Assembly: GCF_026571515.1 (NCBI RefSeq)
Contig: NW_026851725.1
Coordinates: 1-64,000 of the forward strand
Direction of reading: 5' to 3'
Length of the DNA stretch: 64,000 nucleotides
DNA from: Ruditapes philippinarum
Taxonomy: Eukaryota
Part shown: one piece after another, positions 14,395 through 26,384 of the stretch
How positions within the stretch are numbered: the first letter of the stretch is position 1
Layout of the letters: every line of letters starts with the position of its first letter
Notes under the pieces: model-generated
Databases searched by the model: none
Seen by the model: only the letters and a program-made list of their open reading frames with translations
Told to the model about the DNA's origin: nothing
Made by a program: the position numbers and the translations under genes

Positions 14395-14846
14395 CTGTAT
14401 AGAAAACGATTAAGAAGAAGGGAGATTACGTCTATTTCTTTTAAAATGAAAACTTTAATGCATCTAAAATGATGGAAAAAAAAGTAAATTACTAATTTTC
14501 CTACTTCCTGCTTTATATGTGTGTTTGATTAGCTATTATAGTTTTATTTATGAAGAAGAACAAATTCATATAAAAGGAAACTATCAATCTTCAAAGGGTA
14601 TTTACGCGCATGTTTATCTAGTCTAAATAGCTGAAATGCAATGTGATTTTGGAAATGTTAAGAAATTGAATAATTAATTGGTCGTGAGTATCAGATGATA
14701 TGATTTAAAACCAGCAGAAATCAATATACAAATATCTTTCATAAAAATCAAACGCATCGTCATCGTTTTTTCTGCCATCTGTAAAAATCGCTTAAAGACG
14801 TGGAAAAAAAGTTTACAGTTTTTTGGGGTTTTTTTTGTAATAGACA
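14395..14846. promoter_or_regulatory. Probable bidirectional promoter shared by PSEN and CCDC167
   Basis: Minus-strand donor CAG|GTAACT at 14394 (candidate PSEN non-coding first exon; matching acceptor at 11699), ETS-like ACTTCCTG near 14503, CpG-containing patch at 14600-14800, CCDC167 ATG at 14847. Confidence 0.5.
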
Positions 14847-16681
14847 ATGCCCACAATTGTGTCACAGGTTATAACTCTTAATAACATTTTTAAACTTTAT
14901 TTCCTACAATTGTCAAGAACTATCTTATACCAAATATTGTTCTTATATGATTTTAACTGTTCAATATTAGCAGGGTCTTTAAAATAGAAATTGTTAGTGA
15001 CAGCATTATCCTAGTATTAAATATGTATATAATCATAAGATGCCTATTCTTTGTCAGGGACCTTTACTTACCAGAGACAGTTTTATCTCGTTCAACAATA
15101 ACTAACCATAACAAATGTAACCCCAAAAAACGTCTTCATTTCCCTTAGGTTTTAATCAGTTAGTTTCTTAAACTTAGAATTTTTTTCTTTGTGTGCATTA
15201 TGTATTATTTTCTCATGATACATTTCAGATTGAAATAGCTGAGCAAGAACTTTTGTCATGTGAGTCAAGATTAGACAAGATTGAAAGAAAAATTAGAATA
15301 TCAGATTTGACAGATATACAACTGTAAGTACATGTATACTAATTACTGTAAGTATACTTAATTATAAATGCTATCCTGTTTTACATTTTCTTCGGAACAT
15401 AAAATAGTAAAGTATTTTGGTGATAAATGACTCTTATGAATTATTACCATAAATGGCATAAATAGTTGGCCTGTCTAACAACACCTTGTTAAAATATATA
15501 TGAATCTACATATTTGCCTCTGAATAGATTTACTTGAGACATTTTGTGTTAAAAATTGTAACACAAGACCCATGGATTTTATCTTTATTAATTTTCCTTT
15601 AAAATCCTAGCTTTTGTATAAGTTCACTAAGTTGTTCCACGATATAAAGGAAAAGTAATACATGTTTACATAAGAAAATTACCCAAGGTTCCTATTGTAT
15701 CACTGAACTGATCACCCATCTGTTCTTGTTTTACTATCAAGCACTGTGAAATGTCAAGGGCATTCTGTCTGACTGTTCTTATTTTCAGTCTATTTTCATT
15801 GTTAAACATTTAATGATATAATAATTTAAAGAACATGAATCATCAACATATATAATATGTAGATTTAGATATTCACTTGTACTTGTATTTTGTTTTTATT
15901 ATTACATAGAAAAGCATTAGAGAAGGAAGAAAAAGAACTTCAAAAGGAGAAAAAGAAGCATGGTAAACATTTTGTGTAACAGTACTGCTTAAAACATTGA
16001 CTGCATAGCAGCAATAATGACTACAGTGTCTTATGTCTTTTGTTATATTAAGTTAATTGACCTAAGAACTAAGCATTGTCTGTAAATGCATAAACTAGTA
16101 TGAGTTCTACCTGCCACACCCTTTTTAAGGTCAAAATGTCAAAGGTTCCAGTCACTAGAACCTATAACAGCAAAACTTGATTCAACTTGTTGAGGGACTT
16201 TGGAAACTTTCATGTAAGGAAGCTATCCAGCAAGCTCACATAATGTGGGTGGTTTTCTCAGGTGGTTTCACCCAGGTGCCCTTCATGCCTGAAATAGTGA
16301 GCAGAAGGGCACCATTCAAGCTGGAAAGTCACCATATGACGGACCTATACTGTGCTGGTGTAGGTAAAACCAAACAAAAGTTCATGGAATCCCCTAAAAC
16401 TTCAAATGAACTGTTTCATATTCAAAGCAGGGCTATTTCAAAATGTAAATTCAGCCTGTTACGTTAAACGTGGATTATCTATCATATAAGGGTTTAAAAT
16501 TTGCATGAAATTCTGCAGTTATTAAATATGTGTCATTCTATAACTAATTACTTCAATGATGTTTTTATTTTCAGAAACTACAATAAGTCAACTTCGGAAA
16601 GAAAATGGAAAAAACACGTTCATCTCTTTCGTTATTCTTGGACTTATATTGATTATATATTATACTTTTTGGAGTTCTTGA
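14847..16681 (+). CDS. CCDC167: Coiled-coil domain-containing protein 167, 91 aa, 4 exons (absent from the ORF track)
   Basis: Exons 14847-14867, 15229-15323, 15910-15962 and 16575-16681 splice in phase to MPTIVSQIEIAEQELLSCESRLDKIERKIRISDLTDIQLKALEKEEKELQKEKKKHETTISQLRKENGKNTFISFVILGLILIIYYTFWSS*. Coiled coil, LRxEN motif and C-terminal TM helix match CCDC167. Confidence 0.88.
16190..16378 (+). mobile_element. Diverged SINE-like fragment (second family)
   Basis: TGCCTGAAATA..GAAGGGCACC..GCTGGAAAGTC..GACCTATACTGTG..GTAAAACCAAACAAA matches the segment in both arms of the 12150-13620 element. Confidence 0.5.
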
Positions 16682-17059
16682 AACTATTGTGTTTATATAT
16701 GTACATGTAACTATATCTTATGTAAATAAATGAAGATTTATACATTTATTTTGACAATTGTTCATATACTGCTTCTTAATATACCATTTAACACATCTTT
16801 CTATAAAAAAAAATTTCATAAACAGTGACAGAAGATGACTTTATTATTATTTTCTTGGTCTAAAAGCTGTTATATTGTAGAATAGAACGGCCTCCCAGCT
16901 TTCATTACACATGTAAACCAATCCGCAAACCGTTATACACATTGGGACATTATACACATTGGTCCCATTCTTTGCAGATTGGCTCATACAATAGCTTGTT
17001 AATATCAGGTACATAGTGTTAGTCTTATTAAGACGGAAATAGGACATTTCGGACCATGG

Positions 17060-20000
17060 CCCGTACGAAAACTTCCGCCCTGACTGTAGGTGGAATCCGC
17101 CTATGTAGTAAAGCGGATTCCGCCTTAAACTGAATAGAGTTGAATATTGGTTCTTAGGCGGACCTTAAGCGGAATATGGTGCGAAATATTTAAATGAGCT
17201 AAGGTGGAATCCGCCTATCTAGACGGAATCCGCCTTAGCTCATTTAAATATTCCGCTTAAAGTCTGGCAATGTCAGCGGAATCCGCTTAAGGTAGGCGGA
17301 ATCCGCCTACCTTAGGCGGATTCCGCCTACCTTAGGCGGATTCTGCCTACCTTAGGCGGATTCCGCCTACCTTAAGCGGATTCCGCAGGAAAAATCCTAG
17401 GCGGAAAAATTTCCGCCTTGTAACAAATAAAAAATTTTAATTGTCATGTAATAAGGTATAATATTTTAATAAACTAATATTTAATAGAATTAATTTATTC
17501 ATTTCAACTAATATTTCTAGATTTACATTAGAGATCTTAACAAACATTATTCTATTGCACAAATACAAAAAATAATAAATGTCTACCAAGCTGAGAAAAT
17601 ATAAAACAAAATATTTATTTAAGATAACTGTTTGTTTTTTTTCCAAATAAGTATCCATGTTGTAATATGATAAATCATGTCCTTTACAGATGCAGTCTTT
17701 CAGAATGGCTTCACTGTGGCACACAACTATCCATATCATTTAAAGCCTGTTGTACACACTGAAAAATATTTGTATAATAATTAATTATTTATGTTTTGTA
17801 TGCATATGATTGGTATTATTATCATGTAATTAAAAAGATCAATATTTGAAAGCACAGGCATAGTAAAATATTATTTCTTAGGCAATAGTAAAATTTTATT
17901 TTTTGGCAATCTTGCCAGTTTAATTATTATTTATAAATTTAAAATTGTTCTTCAAGCTGCAATAGTTTTCAATTTTGTTAAATATTGCTATGAATAATGT
18001 CAACAACATGTAGATCTATATCTAGCAATGCAATTGTTTATAATTGTTATAAACAATACATTTGAAAATTATTTGCATTCCTACTGGTTAAATGACTGCT
18101 ACATCAGAATTGATCATGAATCTTTATTAGAACTTTTGCTTTAATTGACAACAATTTTAACTAGTGAAAGTATTACATGCATTTAAGTATTTTACAAACC
18201 TTTAAGATAAATAATATTGTAATTTAAGTAAATCTTTAATATACAAAAATTAAATCTATATCATTTTGTTTAAATGGAAATAATCCCGTACGAAAAAGTA
18301 AGACGGAATCCGCCTTATATAAGGCGGATTCCGTCTAAAATATTCAGAAAATCCACATTTTCCTGCTAGGTTAAGGCGGACATGGAATTTCTAGCAAAGT
18401 CCGCCTAAGTTTCTGAAATTTCCGCCTAAATTCTCAAACAGATTCCGCCTAGAGCTGAGCCAGAAAAGGATAAATGTAAAGTCTTAGGCGAAAAATTCAA
18501 CTTAGTCTTATTTCTTAGGCGTAACTTCCGACTTAGTCATTCAAGGAAACCTTGTGTGTTATGCGGACAACTCAATTTAAGCGGAATTTCGGACTTCATC
18601 ATATTTTGAATATTAGTACACACTGTCAAACAAAAATAACATAATTATGTATATTTACATATTCTAATGATTTAATCATTATTTTTACATAAGTATTTCC
18701 ATTATTGTTTAATGGTAGTCCTGATCTTTTACAGTAACTGTTAGTATTAGCTTTTGAGTATTAAAATGTGTGTCAGTTGAATAACAGTATTTAATTCTTA
18801 TCACTGAAACTTGTCTTATTTGACACCATTTTGTGTCGATTGTGACCACCCTCCCCAAACCAAAAGGAAAGCTTGCGGTAAGCTTGATGCAAGCTTACAT
18901 TGGCTATTTATGCTTGCTGTAAGCTTGCCAGTTAAATTTCATACAGAATTCTTTAACTTGCGCACTAAGCTTACAAGAACAATTTTTGTCACATTAGCTT
19001 GCGCAAGCTTCTTTGAAAATTTGGACTTAGAAAATTCTGTGATTAAAGCAGTCTGGGAAATAAAAAGTAGTGAAAATTTTCTAAGCACAAAAACTTTAAA
19101 ATGTTTATAAAAATCATTTCACTCAAACTAATTAGCATTTATATTATATAATGGGATTCAAATGATAACATTTCTTTCAATTAGTTTTTATCTGCCTGTC
19201 TAATACATTCTATGTTTTTAAGATTCATATAACTTTATCAAATTTTTTAATTACTGTTATTAAAATCTTGTTACTTTCTCAAAATTATTAATTGATGCCA
19301 TGTCAAAAATTAGATAACACCACAATGTGGCATCTGCATGATGTGACAGTAAAAAAAAGAAACCCAAAATCAAAATGAAAGAGGAAATCATACAAATTTT
19401 TAATAAAAGTTTTCAACACAATTAAACTAAGATAAAGTCAGTACTTTAAATTAATTATTATGAAAGTTAACAAAATTCACATTTCTTAACAACTGTGAAC
19501 AATTACAATCAAATATAATGTCAACATTATATATTGTCTAATGACTATTTTTTTTTTCTTTCAATCACTTGTTAATTTGTTTTATTTAGGTCTAATTTTT
19601 AATTCATTTGCACATTCAGTATATCCCTTCTTATAATTAAATATTAACTATCTTGTGCAGAAGTTATTGATAGTATATAAGATGGTCTCCCATGAGTATT
19701 AATTGTAGACTGTAACAGTAACATACTGTACATGCCATAAACATTTGTAACTGGTCAGAGTGAGTGGTTGGTCAAGTGCAACTAATTACTTTCTCCCTGC
19801 TGTTTACATAATGACCAATGTCAAACTCACCTATCTAATATAAAGGAAAGTGTGAGATAAGTGGGGTTTACAACATGTAATCTAATATCCTGAACCAATC
19901 TGGTATCAGGATCTGATCTCAGAAAATTCAAATATTACTCAGGAAGTTCATTTGGACCTCAGTGCTTATAACATTAGGAGTAGAGTTAAACATGTGACTT

Positions 20001-23000
20001 AAGTGCCATTTAGATGAAACAACTTAATAAAATTTAATGTGAACTTTAATAAAATTATAATGGGACATTAAATGAGTTCTTCATTCAGATGGAAATGGAA
20101 ATTTACTAATGTTCAATGGAATAATGGTAAGTTATTTACACTATTTTCATACAACAGTCTTTTCAAATTTACCTTGTAAATGATTTACACTTTTTAATTT
20201 TAGTTTTTCTTCATAAATTTTACATATGTGCTGGTGTAAATCTTTTTAACTTAGTGTTGTTGAGTGGGAATTTTCAAATCTGCCCTTTTTACCAGTAAAT
20301 TTCATTCCTGGTCATGATTTTTCATTAATAAACATTTACATTCTTGGGATATTTCAGTAAATTATGGGTTTATATTAACTGAGTACTTGAAACTTTTTTA
20401 ACTATCAGAAAAGCATTTTGAATTTACTCAATTTACAATAAATATATGTATTCAGTAGTGATTTTTTTTTAATTTACAGGAAAACTTACAATGCCCACAG
20501 GTACCATAGAAAGTTTCAAATTATAATGATGACGAAGAAGAAGAAAATTGAGTTGATAACAGAAATAATTGATGGTTAGTTTTGTTACTCAATAAGGTTA
20601 GATAACTGATAAAAATAATGAAATAAATAATAATCATTGATTTGAACAATTTTCAATCTTAGTATATACAACTTTCAATGTAGTATATTATTTCCATTTA
20701 AACAAAATGATTGTATAGATTTAATTTTTGTATATTAAAGATTTACTTAAATTACAATATTATTTATCTTAAAGGTTTGTAAAATACTTAAATGCATGTA
20801 TTACTTTCACTAGTTAAAATTGTTGTCAATTAAAGCAAAAGTTCTAATAAAGATTCATGATCAATTCTGATGTAGCAGTCATTTAACCAGTAGGAATGCA
20901 AATAATTTTCAAATGTATTGTTTATAACAATTATAAACAATTGCATTGCTAGATATAGATCTACATGTTGTTGACATTATTTATAGCAATATTTAACAAA
21001 ATTGAAAACTATTGCAGCTTGAAGAACAATTTTAAATTTATAAATAATTATTAAACTGGCAAGATTGCCAAAAAATAAAATTTTACTATTGCCTAAGAAA
21101 TAATATTTTATTATGCCTGTGCTTTCAAATATTGATCTTTTTAATTACATGATAATAATACCAATCATATGCATACAAAACATAAATAATTAATTATTAT
21201 ACAAATATTTTTCAGTGTGTACAACAGGCTTTAAATGATATGGATAGTTGTGTGCCACAGTGGAGCCATTCTGAAAGACTGCATCTGTAAAGGACATGAT
21301 TTATCATATTACAACATGGATACTTATTTGGAAAAAAAAAAAAAAACAGTTATCTTAAATAAATATTTTGTTTTATATTTTCTCAGCTTGGTAGACATTT
21401 ATCATTTTTTGTATTTGTGCAATAGAATAATGTTTGTTAAGATCTCTAATGTAAATCTAGAAATATTAGTTGAAATGAATAAATTAATTCTATTAAATAT
21501 TAGTTTATTAAAATATTATACCTTATTACATGACAATTAAAATTTTTTATTTGTTACAAGGCGGAAATTTTTCCGCCTAGGATTTTTCCTGCGGAATCCG
21601 CTTAAGGTAGGCGGAATCCGCCTAAGGTAGGCAGAATCCGCCTAAGGTAGGCGGAATCCGCCTAAGGTAGGCGGATTCCGCCTACCTTAAGCGGATTCCG
21701 CTGACATTGCCAGACTTTAAGCGGAATATTTAAATGAGCTAAGGCGGATTCCGTCTAGATAGGCGGATTCCACCTTAGCTCATTTAAATATTTCGCACCA
21801 TATTCCGCTTAAGGTCCGCCTAAGAACCAATATTCAACTCTATTCAGTTTAAGGCGGAATCCGCTTTACTACATAGGCGGATTCCACCTACAGTCAGGGC
21901 GGAAGTTTTCGTACGGGATATACTACATTGAAAGTTGTATATACTAAGATTGAAAATTGTTCAAATGAATGATTATTATTTATTTCATTATTTTTATCAG
22001 TTATCTAACCTTATTGAGTAACAAAACTAACCATCAATTATTTCTGTTATCAACTCAATTTTCTTCTTCTTCGTCATCATTATAATTTGAAACTTTCTAT
22101 GGTACCTGTGGGCATTGTAAGTTTTCCTGTAAATTAAAAAAAAATCACTACTGAATACATATATTTATTATAAATTGAGTAAATTCAAAATGCTTTTCTG
22201 ATAGTTAAAAAAGTTTCAAGTACTCAGTTAATATAAACCCATAATTTACTGAAATATCCCAAGAATGTAAATGTTTATTAATGAAAAATCATGACCAGGA
22301 ATGAAATTTACTGGTAAAAAGGGCAGATTTGAAAATTCCCACTCAATAACACTAAGTGAAAAAGATTTACACCAGCACATATGTAAAATTTATGAAGAAA
22401 AACTAAAATTAAAAAGTGTAAATCATTTACAAGGTAAATTTGAAAAGACTGTTGTATGAAAATAGTGTAAATAACTTACCATTATTCCATTGAACATTAG
22501 TAAATTTCCATTTCCATCTGAATGAAGAACTCATTTAATGTCCCATTATAATTTTATTAAAGTTCACATTTATTAAGTTGTTTCATCTAAATGGCACTTA
22601 AGTCACATGTTTAACTCTACTCCTAATGTTATAAGCACTGAGGTCCAAATGAACTTCCTGAGTAATATTTGAATTTTCTGAGATCAGATCCTGATACCAG
22701 ATTGGTTCAGGATATTAGATTACATGTTGTAAACCCCACTTATCTCACACTTTCCTTTATATTAGATAGGTGAGTTTGACACTGGTCTATTATGTAAACA
22801 GCAGGGAGAAAGTAATTAGTTGCACTTGACCAACCACTCACTCTGACCAGTTACAAATGTTTATGGCATGTACAGTATGTTACTGTTACAGTCTACAATT
22901 AATACTCATGGGAGACCATCTTATATACTATCAATAACTTCTGCACAAGATAGTTAATATTTAATTAAAAGAAGGGATATACTGAATGTGCAAATGAATT

Positions 23001-24320
23001 AAAAATTAGACATAAATAAAACAAATTAACAAGTGATTGAAAGAAAAAAAAATTAGTCATTAGACAATATATAATGTTGACATTATATTTGATTGTAATT
23101 GTTCACAGTTGTTAAGAAATGTGAATTTTGTTAACTTTCATAATAATTAATTTAAAATACTGACTTTATCTTAGTTTAATTGTGTTGAAAACTTTTATTA
23201 AAAATTTGTATGATTTCCTCTTTTTTTTTGATTTTGGGTGATTTTCTTTTTTTTACTGTCACATCATGCAGATGCCACATTGTGGTGTTATCTAATTTTT
23301 GACATGGCATCAATTAATAATTTTGAGAAAGTAACAAGATTTTAATAACAGTAATTAAAAAATTTGATAAAGTTATATGAATCTTAAAAACATAGAATGT
23401 ATTAGACAGGCAGATAAAAACTAATTGAAAGAAATGTTATCATTTGAATCCCATTATATTATATAAATGCTAATTAGTTTGAGTGAAATGATTTTTATAA
23501 ACATTTTAAAGTTTTTGTGCTTAGAAAATTTTCACTACTTTTTATTTCCCAGACTGCTTTAATCACAGAATTTTCTAAGTCCAAATTTTCAAAGAAGCTT
23601 GCGCAAGCTAATGTGACAAAAATTGTTCTTGTAAGCTTAGTGCGCAAGTTAAAGAATTCTGTATGAAATTTAACTGGCAAGCTTACAGCAAGCATAAATA
23701 GCCAATGTAAGCTTGCATCAAGCTTACCGCAAGCTTTCCTTTTGGTTTGGGGAGGGTGGTCACAATCGACACAAAATGGTGTCAAATAAGACAAGTTTCA
23801 GTGATAAGAATTAAATACTGTTATTCAACTGACACACATTTTAATACTCAAAAGCTAATACTAACAGTTACTGTAAAAGATCAGGCCTACCATTAAACAA
23901 TAATGGAAATACTTATGTAAAAATAATGATTAAATCATTAGAATATGTAAATATACATAATTATGTTATTTTTGTTTGACAGTGTGTACTAATATTCAAA
24001 ATATGATGAAGTCAGAAATTCCGCTTAAATTGAGTTGTCCGCATAACACACAAGGTTTCCTTGAATGACTAAGTCGGAAGTTACGCCTAAGAAATAAGAC
24101 TAAGTTGAATTTTTCGCCTAAGACTTTACATTTATCCTTTTCTGGCTCAGCTCTAGGCGGAATCTGTTTGAGAATTTAGGCGGAAATTTCAGAAACTTAG
24201 GCGGACTTTGCTAGAAATTCCATGTCCGCCTTAACCTAGCAGGAAAATGTGGATTTTCTGAATATTTTAGACGGAATCCGCCTTATATAAGGCGGATTCC
24301 GTCTTACTTTTTCGTACGGG
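17060..24320. mobile_element. CACTA/EnSpm(CMC)-like non-autonomous element, outer copy (~3.63 kb, split at 18284/21918)
   Basis: TIR CCCGTACGAAAA at 17060 and reverse complement ending at 24320, 2-bp TSD GG, many subterminal GGCGGAATCCGCC palindromes, no transposase ORF. Confidence 0.85.
18285..21917. mobile_element. Second copy of the same CACTA-like element inserted in opposite orientation inside the first
   Basis: CCCGTACGAAAAAGTAAG at 18285, TTTTCGTACGGG ending at 21917, 2-bp TSD AT. The empty-site sequence GGAAATAATATACTAC is visible (reverse complement) near 20680-20695. Mirrored ORF pairs 17437/21235 and 18811/23495 show near identity. Confidence 0.9.
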
Positions 24321-25537
24321 GGGCATTTCGGACCAGACATTTCGGACCAGATTTTGGGACACTTCGGACCATATTGAGGGACATTTCGGACCAGATTTTT
24401 GGACATTTCGGACCATATGTTGGACATTTCGGATCATGCGTTAGACACTTCGGATCACTGTTTTGGACAATTCTGACCATGTGTTGGACATTTGGGATCC
24501 TGCCTAGACACTTCGGACCACTGTTTTGGACATTTCGGACCATGTGTTGGACATTTGGGATCATGTGTTAGACACTTCGGACCATTGTTTTGGACATTTT
24601 GGACCTGAATAAATATAATTTTATATATATTATGCTTCAATTATTCTATAAACTAAAGTGTAACTTTAGAATATATGAGGCACCATGGGAAGATTTTACA
24701 CCTATCCCGATTTAGATTTTATAATTTTTGCACTATAAATGAAGAAACTTAAAAAACAAACTAGCAATGTTTTAATGACACACGTTTGCAGACAATTTAT
24801 TATGATGTGATCAACTTCCATGGCTATTTATTGTTTTTTGTTGTTTTTTTTTTCAATATTAAAACATGGTCAGCGTATAAAAATACATAAATGAATTATG
24901 ATAGAAATATTTTACATGGATAGTCAAAATAATGGTAATATAAGCTTGTCAGGAATTGTGAAAATCTCGTCGGACAGGTCATAACTGCATGCATTTTGAA
25001 TATCATAAAATATAAAAATGTCAAATATTTGTTGCATTTATTATTAGAAAATATTGTAAATACATCCTGAAATAACAAATAATAACATATGAAAAGGAAT
25101 ATATGTTCTGGTCCGAAGTGTCCCCATCATGGTCCGAAATGACCATCACATGGTCCGATATGTCCCAAAATCTGGTCCGAAATGACAAAAAAATCTGGTC
25201 CGAAGTGTCTGGACCGAAACGTCCATGGTCCGAAATGTCCGTAATTCATTAAGACACAGCTACATTGAAGTGCACTTTGTGTAACCTTTAGTGTGAATTC
25301 TACTGTAGTGTGCCTGCGCGGCAATATCGGAAAGTGTATTAACCACATATTTTCGTCAGTCTGCTTTTTGTGGAACCAACGTACACAAACACCATTTTAT
25401 TTGACTGATGCCTGCCATTTACAAAGTAACCTAGCGCACATGGTGGTGAAGCGTCTTAAGTAGCCCACGCCTGAGATTATGTATACTCCAAGCATTTTCT
25501 TAAATGCACTGTTATTTCACAGTCACCTACACAGTGG

Positions 25538-26158
25538 CGGCGGCACGAATTACCCAAATATACCCAAATGCACCCAAATATACCCAAATATAGCAATATT
25601 TATTTTTGTTTGTATATTTTAATATAGATTATAATGAGAAATAAATAAATATTTATTAAATATAATATGACTTAGCCTGCTATAATTTTCATTCATTCCG
25701 TTGAAATGGACACAGTTACGATGTTGTAAGAAAATAAAGTTGTGACATTTGCTTATCTTAGTACTATATAGGTTCTTTATGAATGTACTTGCAATTTTAA
25801 ATCAAGATATGATATTTGTTGTCTACACTTACATTTTTAAGGTGTAATTTTGTTGAAATTGCATATCATATACAAGTGTCCATGTTATTTAAAAAAATAG
25901 CTTTAATGGTGTATATATAGACTGTATTTTGGTTCAAAACACAATGATAGGGAAATGTATATTTGGGTATGGTTGATTATATCTTAGTGAAAATATATAT
26001 TGTATTCATGATAAAAACAGCACTTTTTTAGGATAAAACATTTATTTTAGTATAATTGGGCAATATTTGGGTATATTTAGGCAATATTTGGGTATATTTG
26101 GGCAATATTTGGGTATATTTGAGTGTATTTGGGTATATTTGGGTAATTCGTGCTGCCC
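25538..26158. mobile_element. MITE with 8-bp TSD, Merlin-like ends
   Basis: TIRs CGGCGGCACGAATTACCCAAATATACCC and (rc) GGGCAGCACGAATTACCCAAATATACCC, TSD CACAGTGG at 25530-25537 and 26159-26166, subterminal TACCCAAATA repeats. Superfamily tentative. Confidence 0.8.
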
Positions 26159-26384
26159 CACAGTGGTCTGATTCCGTTGCTGTTTGGTTCATGCAGTTCC
26201 TTGGGAATTGGCGCTGGCCTTGGAAACATGGTTGTAAGATACATGTACCTGCATGGTATAGGACTACACGGTGAATTTAGGTGGTTTCTACGTACAATTG
26301 TTATTACGATCAAGAGAAAGCCAAACCAACACGAACCTATTGTTATTCAATGTTAGAAATGAAGCTCAACATACATAGAAATAC

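Larger units (their letters stand above)
17035..25247. mobile_element. MuDR/foldback-like non-autonomous element (~0.95 kb of its own sequence) hosting a 7.3-kb nested insertion
   Basis: Termini GGAAATAGGACATTTCGGACCATGG and (rc) GAATTACGGACATTTCGGACCATGG, 8-bp TSD ATTAAGAC at 17027-17034 and 25248-25255, subterminal ~20-bp GGACATTTCGGACC arrays at 24324-24605 and inverted at 25109-25240. The superfamily call is an inference. Confidence 0.8.

Noticed and set aside
17437-23794. Pairs of near-identical 99-101-aa ORFs on opposite strands
   Set aside because: By-products of the inverted element copies; no domain, and one pair has a non-ATG start.
24236-24640. Repetitive GPKCP-type ORFs
   Set aside because: Translation of the GGACATTTCGGACC subterminal repeats.
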